From: Pirellulales bacterium
GTDB lineage: Bacteria; Planctomycetota; Planctomycetia; Pirellulales; PALSA-1355
Direction: 5' to 3'
Length of the DNA: 64,000 nt
Assembly: GCA_963733035.1 (NCBI GenBank)
Contig: CAVTBU010000006.1
Coordinates: 640,001 to 704,000 of the forward strand
Shown: piece by piece, positions 54,617 to 64,000 of the stretch
Numbering within the stretch: the stretch's first letter is position 1
How the letters are laid out: every line of letters starts with the position of its first letter
Program-made: the position numbers and the translations under genes
Notes under the pieces: model-generated
Seen by the model: the letters and a program-made list of their open reading frames with translations, nothing else
Database searches by the model: none
Told to the model about the DNA's origin: nothing

Positions 54617-55973
54617 GTACTGGCCTCGTTGGGCAAGTGCGGACTGAGGGATGAAGAGTCGAGCACATAAAACAGGGTGATCGACCGCGCGACTGCTGCC
54701 GTGGCTGAGCCCGACAGAGTCGCCAACGCGGCGCCCCAGCGCGAAGGAGTGGGACCAGCAATACGGCCGACGATATGGTTACCGACACGCTGCACAAGTC
54801 GGCCAGGAAATTGGCTCGTGGCCGATCAACCGACCACAGACCGATTCCGGCCACCATTTCGAGCGACGTCGTCATGCTGGCAGCTGCCAGCGTGGCGAGA
54901 ATCGGCCCTGTTTGCTCGTAGCCTTCGCCGTAGACGAATACGGCCAACCAGGGGCCCGTTAGAAATACAAACAGGCAAAACGGCGCCAGTGATGTCAGCA
55001 AGAAGGCGCCCGCTCGCAGCAACACGCCTTTGAGTTCCGAACTACCCCCTTCAAAGAATGCCGAGGCCGCGCGCGGCGTGAGCCAACGGTCGACACCGGT
55101 GAGCAGCAGTGTGGTCAGTCCGATCAGTGTGGTACACGCACCCAGGAGGCCAGCTCCGACGGTGCCTGTTGCCGCCCCCACAATCCAGACCATTGCATAG
55201 GGGACGATATTGTGCACGAGATAGCTGCGCAGAGCCCAACGGCCGAACGACCAATTGCTCTTCCAGTCCTTCATCATGCGGGGCCGTTCGAAGCGTACTT
55301 GCGGAGGTCGCAGTGCGTACCAGCCCAGGGATGCCAATCCGCAAGCCATACCCATGACCACGTAGATATTGAAGATTGTCAGGCGGCCGAAGTAAGCCAC
55401 CACTAACAGGCCGGCGAGTTGAGCGATCGCCACTACCAAGTCGATTACCAATGCGGTGGTAAAATCGAGATCCGCAAAGGCGAAACGGCGAATCCACTCC
55501 CGCAGCAACAGCAGTGGGCCGGCACCCAATAGCGCCCACAATGCTGGTAGCAGTGTAGCGGGAGCTGTGAACGTCAGGCCGGCGATCGCCAGCAGCAAGA
55601 TCGCGATGGCCAACACGGTTAGTGTTGCGTGGTGTACCCAGGCACTGCCTGCGTAGGCCGCCCGCTCAGGGTCGCGAAAACGCCGCGAGTAGATCGTGTA
55701 CGGAGCTGCGATCAGGCGTTCGTGAACCCCGATGGCCACCAGCACGAGCGACAAACTGAGATAATACAGACCGACTTCGTCCTGCGAACAGGCACGGTTG
55801 ATAATGACCGCGGTAGCAAAGCTCGTAGCACTGACAACCGCTTGATCGACCAGCGAGACCAGGCCGGTCCCCACAGAGTGAAACCGCTTCCACAGTTGAG
55901 CGGCGCGCACGCGGCGGCTTATCGCCTGCGGCTGCTGGCTTACGGCATTTTGTGTGATTGGATTCGTGTTCAT
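54607..55973 (-). CDS. Wzx-like oligosaccharide flippase (apparent frameshift near 54740)
   Basis: DQAVVSATSFATAVII; multi-TM; the true C-terminus GAALATLSG...TCP* lies in another frame and overlaps the GT2 start. Confidence 0.82.
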
Positions 55974-56141
55974 GAGTGATTTGTAACGATGCCGAAGCCC
56001 GGGCCGTTGAGACGCCGAATAATACCTTGCATGCAGGCCGCCGTGTTTGGGGGTGCTCCTCTCGTCGGACTCGTATAACAAGAGAAACTCCCCGAACAGC
56101 GGCCAAAGACCAACGTCGCTCTCCGCTGCGTCTCAGCGCGA

Positions 56142-56948
56142 CTAACCGTAGGATAGCTCCTGCATGGGTTGAACTGCATCATGTGGATCAAATGAGCGAA
56201 GGCCGGCCTTCTGCAATGCGAGATAGGTCAGATACAAGGGATTAAGCAGCACATAGCGGCGCCACAACCGGCGCGGTTCGTGGGCCAGGCGAAACAGCCA
56301 TTCAAGGCCATTGCGTTGCATGAAGTCCGGCGCGCGAGCAAGTTCGCCGGCATGAAAATTGAACGCCGCTCCGACGGCCAGGATTGGCATCGAAAGAGCT
56401 TCACGCAGTTCGAAAGCGAACACTTCCTGCCGGGGGCAGCCGAGACCGACCATTGCGATCCGCGCGCCGCTCGAGCGAATTTCTGCGACGAGCTCTGCAC
56501 GTTCGACCGGTTGCAGTTGTCGGAATTTCGACGCCCGACAGCCAGCGATCTTTAATTCTGGCGCGAGTTCAAGCAGTTGCGAGGCCAGCGTATCGAGCAA
56601 TTCCTGCGTGCCGCCGAAGAGAAAAATCGGTACGCCGTCCGCGGCGGCATGCTGGCAAGTTTTTAGCATCAGCGAAGGGCCATCCACCCGACGACGCAGA
56701 TTGAGTCCGTGTAGCCAATTCAGGCCCCAGCGAACCGGCTGGCCATCGGGCACGAGCATGTCGAAGCGATTCAGTCGGTAGCGATGCACCGGATCCAGCA
56801 CGCCGGTCATCAGTCCGTGTACGGCCAACGCGGAGACGGCCAGCGGACGACCCGCGCGTGCAGCGGAGAGGATGCGGTCGATGGCGGCCTCGAAGTCGAC
56901 CGCGTCGATGCGAATGCCTAGTACGTTGTGCCTGCCATGGTCGATCAT
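56142..56948 (-). CDS. WecG/TagA/CpsF family glycosyltransferase (GT26)
   Basis: [22 protein letters not shown] and [19 protein letters not shown] motifs. Confidence 0.93.
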   Translation of the reverse strand: MIDHGRHNVLGIRIDAVDFEAAIDRILSAARAGRPLAVSALAVHGLMTGVLDPVHRYRLNRFDMLVPDGQPVRWGLNWLHGLNLRRRVDGPSLMLKTCQHAAADGVPIFLFGGTQELLDTLASQLLELAPELKIAGCRASKFRQLQPVERAELVAEIRSSGARIAMVGLGCPRQEVFAFELREALSMPILAVGAAFNFHAGELARAPDFMQRNGLEWLFRLAHEPRRLWRRYVLLNPLYLTYLALQKAGLRSFDPHDAVQPMQELSYG

Positions 56949-58039
56949 TGGGCCACTGCCTCCTGCCAGCGTTCAGCGTTGACTTCGTGAATCTCGACGA
57001 GAATGTCGCGGACGCTGTATTGCAACTGCCAATTCGGATAGTGACCGGCGAACTTGCTGACATCGCTAACCCACCATATGTGGTCGCCGGAGCGATTTTG
57101 CTCGGCGTATGACCAATTTAGCTCGCGGCCGGTGATTTCCTGGCAAAGCTCGATCGCCTCAAGCATCGAACAGTTGCTGTGCCGCGCGCCACCGATGTTG
57201 TAGACAGCGCCCGAACGGGGTGCCTTGGCGAATTCGGCGAACGCGCGAATCAGATCGGCACTGTGAATGTTGTCGCGGACCTGTTTTCCCTTGTAGCCGA
57301 ACACGGTGTAAGGGGTTCCCGTCGCGGCACACTTCATCAGATATGCCAGGAAGCCGTGTAGTTGCGTGCCCGAGTGGCTGGGACCGGTCAGGCAGCCGCC
57401 GCGGAAGCAGGCGGTGTTCATGTCGAAGTAACGACCGTACTCTTGCACCATCACGTCGGCCGCGACCTTTGACGCCCCAAACACGCTGTGTAGCGTGTGA
57501 TCGATCGACATGTCTTCGCGTATGCCAAGCGCGTAGATGTGATCGGGCTCGATCTCGAAGCGCGTTTCCTGCTCGACCAAGGGCAGCCGGTTTGGCGTGT
57601 CGCCGTACACCTTGTTCGTTGACGTGAAGATGAACGTGGCCTCGGGGGCGAACTGCCGCGTCGCCTCTAACATGTTCAGCGTGCCTTGAGCGTTCACGCC
57701 AAAGTCGGTCTTTGGCTCGCGGGCGGCCCAGTCGTGCGACGGCTGCGCCGCAGTATGAACGATTAGCGAAATCTCGCGCCCATAGAGCTTGAAAAGACGG
57801 TCGATCGCCTCCCCGTCTCGAATATCGACCTCGACGTGCTGATAGTCGTTGCCCAGTTCATTGCGTAGGCGGTCGGCTTGCCGAGCGGTCGACGCCTCAG
57901 CGCCAAAGAACCGTTTGCGCATATCGTTGTCGATGCCGACGACATGCATGCCGCGGCCCGCGAAATACCGTGCGGCTTCCGAGCCGATCAATCCAGCGGA
58001 TCCTGATACAATTGCCACACTCATGTTACGGTTCAACAA
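56945..58039 (-). CDS. NAD-dependent nucleotide-sugar epimerase (CDP-tyvelose/paratose 2-epimerase-like)
   Basis: [23 protein letters not shown] and GKQVRD motifs; FGASK in place of YxxxK; alternative start at 58024. Confidence 0.88.
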   Translation of the reverse strand: MLNRNMSVAIVSGSAGLIGSEAARYFAGRGMHVVGIDNDMRKRFFGAEASTARQADRLRNELGNDYQHVEVDIRDGEAIDRLFKLYGREISLIVHTAAQPSHDWAAREPKTDFGVNAQGTLNMLEATRQFAPEATFIFTSTNKVYGDTPNRLPLVEQETRFEIEPDHIYALGIREDMSIDHTLHSVFGASKVAADVMVQEYGRYFDMNTACFRGGCLTGPSHSGTQLHGFLAYLMKCAATGTPYTVFGYKGKQVRDNIHSADLIRAFAEFAKAPRSGAVYNIGGARHSNCSMLEAIELCQEITGRELNWSYAEQNRSGDHIWWVSDVSKFAGHYPNWQLQYSVRDILVEIHEVNAERWQEAVAQ

Positions 58040-58106
58040 GGGGTGAAAGGATACTGATCTTCAAGGTCGCAAATTGGATGCATCTGGTTCGTGTAAGTGG
58101 GCGGTC

Positions 58107-59360
58107 CTATGGCTGCAATTGGACCTTCGGATTCGAGACGCGCGGCTCGGGCACGTCCGACTGGAGGCAGGCTTCCGCGGCGGCACGATTGCCTCGTGCT
58201 CGCAGCGCATCTGCATAAACAGCCATCAATTGCCTGTAGTTGTGCGCGGCGGTGTATCGGTCCTCGTACTCTTTGCGAGCCGCGCGCCGGCTGGCCAGCA
58301 ACAAGCGAGGATCGGAGGAAAGCCCCTCAACCTGTGCGGCCAGATCAAGTGCGTCGCCTGGTTTGAACAGCCGGCCCGTGCGACCATGATCCACTCCGCC
58401 GGCCATGCACCCCAACCGCGATGCAACAACCGGCGTGCCGGCCGCCAGCGCTTCTAAAATCGTGCGTGGCAACGCTCCCTCGTACCATTCGGAGGGAGCG
58501 ACTAGTAGGGCGGCGTCCTGAAGCAACTTGTGCACTTCCGAACGACTGCGCCGGCCTAGCCACTCGATGGCAGGAGATTGATCCGCGGCCTCACGCACGC
58601 TGCCTGCCAGCGGACCATCGCCGACAATCTTGAGCGACAATCCGCCTGGCGCCTGGCGCCAGGCTTCGAGCAGCGTCGGCACACCCTTCTCAGCTACCAA
58701 GCGTCCAATGAAAAGCGCGTAACCGCCTCTTCCTTGGCCGGGGCCGGGGTCGGGCGTGATGAAATTCGACTTGACCACGATCTTATCGGCCGGCAATCCG
58801 CCGGCGATGAACTTGTCAGCGGCGAACTGCGTCAGTGCAATGTACCGGTCTACAAGATGTTTCCAGGTGCCGATCGCGCGGTGCGTTGCCAGCATGCCCG
58901 CGGTAACGGCGGTCGTCGCACGACTTTCACGGTAGCAACCGTGAAGCACGGCCGGCCATGCAAAGAGCTTTCCGAGGCAATCTTCACAGACTTTTCCCGC
59001 GCGGAAGAAAAGCGCATTCGGACACAGCAATCGATAGTTGTGCAAGGTTTGCACCACCGCCATTCCCTCCGCCCGTGCAACGTAGTAGGCGGCGGGTGAA
59101 ACGAGCGGAAACGTATTGGCGCAGTGCATCAACAGCGGCTTTTCGCGGCGGATAAGGGTTTGCAATTCGGCGCGAGTTCGACCGTTCCAAATGGTATTAG
59201 CCGCCATTTTCAGGCGGCCGGTGTCGCGCAGCGAGTCATTGTGCACGCTGTAGGTGACGACTTCGTGGCCGTGGTCTCGCAGCAACTCGACCTCGTCGGC
59301 AAAAACTTCGTCTTCGCCCCCGGCTTGCTGGTAGTAGTTGTGGACGAGCAGAAACTTCAT
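58107..59360 (-). CDS. Glycosyltransferase family 4
   Basis: HNYYQQAGGED, TLHNYRLLCP, GRLVAEKG and PSEWYEG...EALAAG motifs. Confidence 0.92.
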   Translation of the reverse strand: MKFLLVHNYYQQAGGEDEVFADEVELLRDHGHEVVTYSVHNDSLRDTGRLKMAANTIWNGRTRAELQTLIRREKPLLMHCANTFPLVSPAAYYVARAEGMAVVQTLHNYRLLCPNALFFRAGKVCEDCLGKLFAWPAVLHGCYRESRATTAVTAGMLATHRAIGTWKHLVDRYIALTQFAADKFIAGGLPADKIVVKSNFITPDPGPGQGRGGYALFIGRLVAEKGVPTLLEAWRQAPGGLSLKIVGDGPLAGSVREAADQSPAIEWLGRRSRSEVHKLLQDAALLVAPSEWYEGALPRTILEALAAGTPVVASRLGCMAGGVDHGRTGRLFKPGDALDLAAQVEGLSSDPRLLLASRRAARKEYEDRYTAAHNYRQLMAVYADALRARGNRAAAEACLQSDVPEPRVSNPKVQLQP

Positions 59361-59475
59361 GACGTGCCTCCTCGCCACGCGGTATCAGCGCAAGGGCCCA
59401 TTTCATAGCCATGTTCCGTCGCCAGGCAAGTGCTTCTGCGCGTCGTTCGGCTGTTGCAGAGGTGCATAGCGTGTT

Positions 59476-60549
59476 TCATGAGTTGGCCCACACTGGCTTT
59501 TCCGTGGAAATCGAGGGCTTCTTCTCGCTGTCCGGCGCCGCATCTGACAAGTTCATCAAAGGTGCGACGTCGCTGAGCATCGCGCGCTCCGAGCGAAAGT
59601 CGAGGTAGTTGGAGAAACTGTGCTGTCTGAACAGACGCGGCGCCAACAACTGCAGTCCGGAGCGAACATATCCAATCGCACGCCACATGCGGCACTGCCA
59701 TCCGAGAGCGGTTGCTTGATCGCCGCGAAGTCGCGCCGGTAGCCACTGCATGATTCCGACAAATGCAATCTGCGTGGCACGTGCCGCCAGCCGCGCCGAT
59801 ATTCCCAGTAGGCTGTGCGATTTCCGATCACGCAATGCGCGGGCCGCGCCTGTGCGGCAGCAGGTCCAGCGTAAGTAGTTCGGCTGAAGTCGATACGCTG
59901 GAATGACATGCCGCACGATCGCACGCGGCGTGTACCAAGCCGGTATCTCGGCTTGAAAGATACGCAGAAACAGGTCGCTGTCCTCCGCTCCCATGTTGAG
60001 CGTTTCGTCGAAACGTCCGATCTGTCGAAACACGTCGCCATGGATCAGCAGATTGCCGGTACCAGGCATACAGCGCAGGTGATATGGCATGGGCTCATCT
60101 AATCCGACTGATTCGCCCAGCTGCGCCCGACAATGGCGCGAAACCTGCGGGGCGTTTTCGGGCAAACGCAGCCTGACGGCGCCCCCCACGCAGCGCAGAT
60201 TCTTTTCGCGTGCGATCGCCACCAGTTCCGTTAGCCAATTGGGATCCGCGATCTGGTCGTCATCAAAAAATGCAATCCACTCGCCACGCGCAGTGGCGAT
60301 CGCGCGGTTGCGGGCCGCGGCGACGCCCGGTTGCCGTTCGTACACTGCGCGAAGTGGCACGGGTGACGTGGCAATCGATCGGGCAATAACTTGCGGCGTT
60401 GCGTCGGTCGATGCATTATCGACCACCAGGATCTCGTGCTGGAAATCGCTACTCGATTCGAGAGCCATCAGACTTTGCAGGGCATCCGTCAGCATTTCCG
60501 CACGGTTGTAGGTGCAAACGGCGATGGTCACGCGCATGTTAGTGCTCAT
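59476..60549 (-). CDS. Glycosyltransferase family 2
   Basis: VCTYNR, VVDNASTD, FFDDD and AEDSDL motifs. Confidence 0.92.
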   Translation of the reverse strand: MSTNMRVTIAVCTYNRAEMLTDALQSLMALESSSDFQHEILVVDNASTDATPQVIARSIATSPVPLRAVYERQPGVAAARNRAIATARGEWIAFFDDDQIADPNWLTELVAIAREKNLRCVGGAVRLRLPENAPQVSRHCRAQLGESVGLDEPMPYHLRCMPGTGNLLIHGDVFRQIGRFDETLNMGAEDSDLFLRIFQAEIPAWYTPRAIVRHVIPAYRLQPNYLRWTCCRTGAARALRDRKSHSLLGISARLAARATQIAFVGIMQWLPARLRGDQATALGWQCRMWRAIGYVRSGLQLLAPRLFRQHSFSNYLDFRSERAMLSDVAPLMNLSDAAPDSEKKPSISTEKPVWANS

Positions 60550-60555
60550 GGGATG

Positions 60556-61938
60556 TTAGTACGCGCGACCTGCGGTGCGCAAATTGCCGACCCATGTTCC
60601 GACAGGATCGAGTTTGACCGCGTTTGGCTCCGTCACAATGCGGCCTGCGATCTGCAGCACCCCGCAGCTGCCCAACAGGCAAATGACCGACGCTTGCACA
60701 AGCTCGGATTCTGTAAACGATCCGATCGCTAGAAAAACCACTAGCGCGAGTAGGAATCCGGTGGCCGGAGTTCCGATCTGACGGAACAGATTCGCGGCGC
60801 TGCCAATGACCATCAGCAGCAACAGGACCAGCAGCAGCACGCCGCACAGTCCCAGGTCCAACATTGCTTCGAAGTACGCGGAATGGGCGCTGGGTACCGT
60901 CCAATAGAGAACGCCCGAGATAAAATCGGTTCGCTCGACGTTCCAAAACGCTCCATAGCCATACCCCAAAATCGGGCGCTCGCCGATGAAGTAGGTCAAT
61001 TCGTTCCAAAGTGGGACGCGGCCGGTTAACCCCTCGGACGCATCCTCCCGACCCATGCTCGCCAAACCTTCGAACAGTTCGTCACTGTCGGCACTCGCGA
61101 ACTGACCCACCACCAGCACGGCACAAAACAAGGCTCCTGCTGCCATTGCGGCCATAATTCGCTTACGATCCGGTTTCAAGACGCACAACACCGAAAGCGC
61201 GGCGATCAGCGAGACGGTGGCAGTCCGTGATTTGGAAACAATCAACACGCAGATGGCCAGCGCCGCGAGCGTGAGCCACAGAGTTCGATAACGCGGCGTG
61301 AGCGAGAGTTCAGCCAGCGCGCCTAGCAAAAGCAAAGCGCCATAGACGCCCTGGGTATTCGGATGGACCAATCCCGAAAACCGATAGCCCGACTCCCAGG
61401 GGCGAAACTTGCCCACCGCCAACTCGGACGCGAGTCCCACGCCGATCCATAAGCAGGTCAACCCCACGACAAAATGGACCAGTTCCCGTGGCGTCAGTTG
61501 TCGTGTCAAACCGACGCCCGCGGCGCAAATGCACAGCAGGGCGATATAGCGACGCATTGTTAAATCCGGCTCGGAAGACCAGAAAATGCTTAGCGCGCCC
61601 CAGCCCATCAGGGCGATGGCGGTCAGCAAAATTGGGGCATTCCAGTCGCGATGCCAGCCACTTCGGCAGAACGTGAGATACACGCCGAAGATCCCCAGAG
61701 ACAGAACTGCAACCTTTGTCGTCCAGCTACCGGTCGCGAGCATGTCCACCTGTTCGTCAACGGCATAAATGCCGCCATCCCACGCGTCGATCTTCAATAG
61801 GTTCGGGTCGCTATACGCCAACATCAAGCCGATTCCGACGACCGCGATCGCCAGCCACAAGCGGCCGGTCGAACGGGATTCGTCCACCGGTGGCGCCGGT
61901 TGCCAGCGAGGAGTTAGTTGAATGGTGTGTAAGCTCAT
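60556..61938 (-). CDS. O-antigen ligase/polymerase (Wzy_C) family protein
   Basis: RFSGLVHPN, SKSRT, LTGRVPLW, PILGYGYG and AHSAY motifs; multi-TM. Confidence 0.88.
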   Translation of the reverse strand: MSLHTIQLTPRWQPAPPVDESRSTGRLWLAIAVVGIGLMLAYSDPNLLKIDAWDGGIYAVDEQVDMLATGSWTTKVAVLSLGIFGVYLTFCRSGWHRDWNAPILLTAIALMGWGALSIFWSSEPDLTMRRYIALLCICAAGVGLTRQLTPRELVHFVVGLTCLWIGVGLASELAVGKFRPWESGYRFSGLVHPNTQGVYGALLLLGALAELSLTPRYRTLWLTLAALAICVLIVSKSRTATVSLIAALSVLCVLKPDRKRIMAAMAAGALFCAVLVVGQFASADSDELFEGLASMGREDASEGLTGRVPLWNELTYFIGERPILGYGYGAFWNVERTDFISGVLYWTVPSAHSAYFEAMLDLGLCGVLLLVLLLLMVIGSAANLFRQIGTPATGFLLALVVFLAIGSFTESELVQASVICLLGSCGVLQIAGRIVTEPNAVKLDPVGTWVGNLRTAGRAY

Positions 61939-61983
61939 GGATCGTCAGCCGTTTGTCGGCTGGAAGGCAGTTTCTGGTTCGAG

Positions 61984-63399
61984 TCAGGTCGTCGGTTTCA
62001 AATTCACGCTGTGGTCGGGAACTAACGGCGTGTTGCGGATGGTCGGGAAGGCCGACGACAGTGATGCGATTGCACGCAATGCTCGGGCCAGCGTCAGCCA
62101 TCTCACCGTCGCATCGATGAAGGCACCGATCAGCAGGGCAGTGGCGGCACCCTGAGCCCCAAACGGATAAACCAGGAAAGTTACGGCAAGAGCAGTCGTG
62201 AGCACGCTGCAAATATCGGCCAGGAAGTTCAAACGCGGTTGTGCAATGGCCCAAAGACCGTTGGCGGCCACAACTCCAAGGCTGCCGCTCAAGCGAGCGA
62301 AGGCCAATAGGATGACCATCGTTCCGCAATCAAGGTACTGATCGCCATACACAAAGACCGGCAACCAATCACCAGCTAGCGTGACCAAGAGACATAAGCT
62401 GCCCAGAGCGCCGGCCATCAACGTCGCGGCACCCGTAAGCACCCGCACCAGCTCTTTGCGCCCGCCATCTGCGAAGGCCTTGGCCGCCTGGACGGTCAGC
62501 ACGTTGCTCACGCCGGTGACGAAGACGTTGGAGAGCCCGACCAGGGTGACGCAGGCCCCGAGCGTACCGGCGACAGCCACGCCGGATACGATTCCCACGA
62601 TCCACAACAGGGCATAGTCGGTCAGATTGGTAAGCAGAAAGGTGGGGACGGCCCACCGTGAAAATGCCCAATTGTGGCACCAGTCGGTAAGGAACCGTTG
62701 GCGGATAAATCGAAGCGGCGGATGATCGACGACGTACCACGCAGCAGCGGCCAGCGCGCAGGCAGTGGCCATGGCAGCATAAATGGTCCACAGCGACAAC
62801 AGCCCCAAATAACCCAGGACAGCAAGGCTGGACAGTTGCACCACGGCTACCGTGATGTCAATCGCGACAGGCGTTGCCAGTTTCAGGTGGGCGTATGAGA
62901 AGCGGCGAATGGCCTCTCGCAACAGTAGCAGTGGCAAGGCGATGGCCAGCGCGGTCGCTCCAGAGAAGACCTCGTGCCAGCCAAACAGCCATGATATCGG
63001 CACCGCTAAATATAGCGACAGGGCCACGATTCCTGTGAACAGAAACTGGTGAACCCAAGTGCTGCCTGCGTATTCGCGCAGCTCCCGTCCGCGGCGGTGA
63101 TGAGCGAACACAGAGTACGGTGCGACGATCATTTGGTACTGCAAACCGAGCGCAAGAAAGACGATGCTCAGGGTGAGGTAGTATGCCCCCAGATCGTCGG
63201 GCGAGGTCGTGCGACCGATAATCACCGCGGTAGCGAAGCTTGTGGCACTGACGATCATCTGATCGACCACGGCGAACAGCTTATCGGAGGCCAGCGGGAA
63301 TCGCTTCGCGAACCTCCGGATTGGCCCGGTCCATGCCGCAGCTATTTCGCGACCGTGGGGGTCAGCGATGACTTCAGGATTCATCGATTGCTGGTCCAT
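61984..63399 (-). CDS. Second Wzx-like oligosaccharide flippase
   Basis: DQMIVSATSFATAVII and GAQGAATA; multi-TM; paralogous to 54607-55973. Confidence 0.85.
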   Translation of the reverse strand: MDQQSMNPEVIADPHGREIAAAWTGPIRRFAKRFPLASDKLFAVVDQMIVSATSFATAVIIGRTTSPDDLGAYYLTLSIVFLALGLQYQMIVAPYSVFAHHRRGRELREYAGSTWVHQFLFTGIVALSLYLAVPISWLFGWHEVFSGATALAIALPLLLLREAIRRFSYAHLKLATPVAIDITVAVVQLSSLAVLGYLGLLSLWTIYAAMATACALAAAAWYVVDHPPLRFIRQRFLTDWCHNWAFSRWAVPTFLLTNLTDYALLWIVGIVSGVAVAGTLGACVTLVGLSNVFVTGVSNVLTVQAAKAFADGGRKELVRVLTGAATLMAGALGSLCLLVTLAGDWLPVFVYGDQYLDCGTMVILLAFARLSGSLGVVAANGLWAIAQPRLNFLADICSVLTTALAVTFLVYPFGAQGAATALLIGAFIDATVRWLTLARALRAIASLSSAFPTIRNTPLVPDHSVNLKPTT

Positions 63400-64000
63400 A
63401 CGCCGCGATTCTCTCGCTTCTGTCCAGTTGATGAGTTCGTTGACGCCGGACGCGATTGGAGGATGCCTAAGGATGTCACAGATGCCAAGGATCGCTTGAC
63501 CGGCCGCGCGACACTCGCCACCGACTCATACCACCCCGTGAGCTTGGCGGCCAACGTCGCCGGTGTGTCTCTCTCGGTGACGTTGAATCGTCCCCAATGA
63601 AATGGATCGGTATTCGGTAGAACACATTCGTGACGCGTCGATAACGCGCACGAGACATTCGACTCTCGGGCGATCTGAATCAGTTTCGGCTCGACAAATC
63701 CGAACGGGAACGCGAACGGCGGCTTGTCCACGCCGAACTGCGAGCTGAGGATTTGGACCGACCTTGCCAGGTCCTTGCGAAACAACTCAGCTTTGTTTTC
63801 AAACAACTGATGGGTGTGAGTATGCGCCCTAGTCCTACCAGTCCGCTCGCCTGAAGTGCATGGCACTGCTCGATTGAAAGCAGCCGCCAACTGGAAACCG
63901 GTACTCGCGCCTTGCCAGCCAACGACCAGGTGTCACTGGGAAACGGTTCTTGGCTCCCCAGGAATCCGGTTGCCAGGAAGATGGTGGCCGGAATCCCGAA
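63381..64000 (-). CDS. Polysaccharide deacetylase (NodB/CE4), 5'-truncated, apparent frameshift near 63828
   Basis: GIPATIFLATGF...GLVGLG in one frame, then AHTHTH...FAFPFG in the next; one G missing from a G run. Confidence 0.85.

Noticed and set aside
28250..64000. Integrated element at tRNA-Pro
   Set aside because: No integrase or transposase seen and no convincing duplicate of the tRNA 3' end; only chance 9-10-bp matches by eye

Overview
GC-rich bacterial chromosome segment. The gene content and protein styles (many signal-peptide sulfatases, LTxxQ helical proteins, a CehA/McbA-type hydrolase, no rimP before nusA) suggest a Planctomycete, probably Pirellulales-like; this is an inference. 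1-28.3 kb is mostly core: nusA-infB-rbfA-(HhH-GPD-like)-TPR-yebC, an orphan MalK-type ATPase, a secreted protein with a long His/Gly/Arg-rich tail, rpmF-fabD-fabG-acpP-fabF followed by a secretin-like gene and a catalytically rewired FabF paralogue, mdh, an amidase, a degenerate esterase, recJ, pcm and tRNA-Pro(CGG). After the tRNA is an accessory region: a decayed SMI1/KNR4 immunity gene, five sulfatases, a PHP-type metallohydrolase, a P-type ATPase, an ArsR-SRPBCC-SRPBCC-DoxX-beta-propeller-ubiquitin-like (MoaD/ThiS) operon, DUF2293/DUF2239, an Nramp-like transporter, a PilZ membrane protein, and the distal part of a Wzx/Wzy polysaccharide cluster. Six genes carry apparent small-indel frameshifts, possibly sequencing errors. 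No CRISPR array, rRNA, transposase or integrase was seen. Best candidates for uncharacterised systems: (1) the FabF(Cys->Glu, His->Asn) plus secretin-like module next to a fabH-less fab operon; (2) the ArsR-led operon ending in a CxH-motif beta-propeller coupled to a GG-terminated ubiquitin-like protein; (3) the His-rich secreted protein. All family assignments are by eye from motifs; no database search was run.
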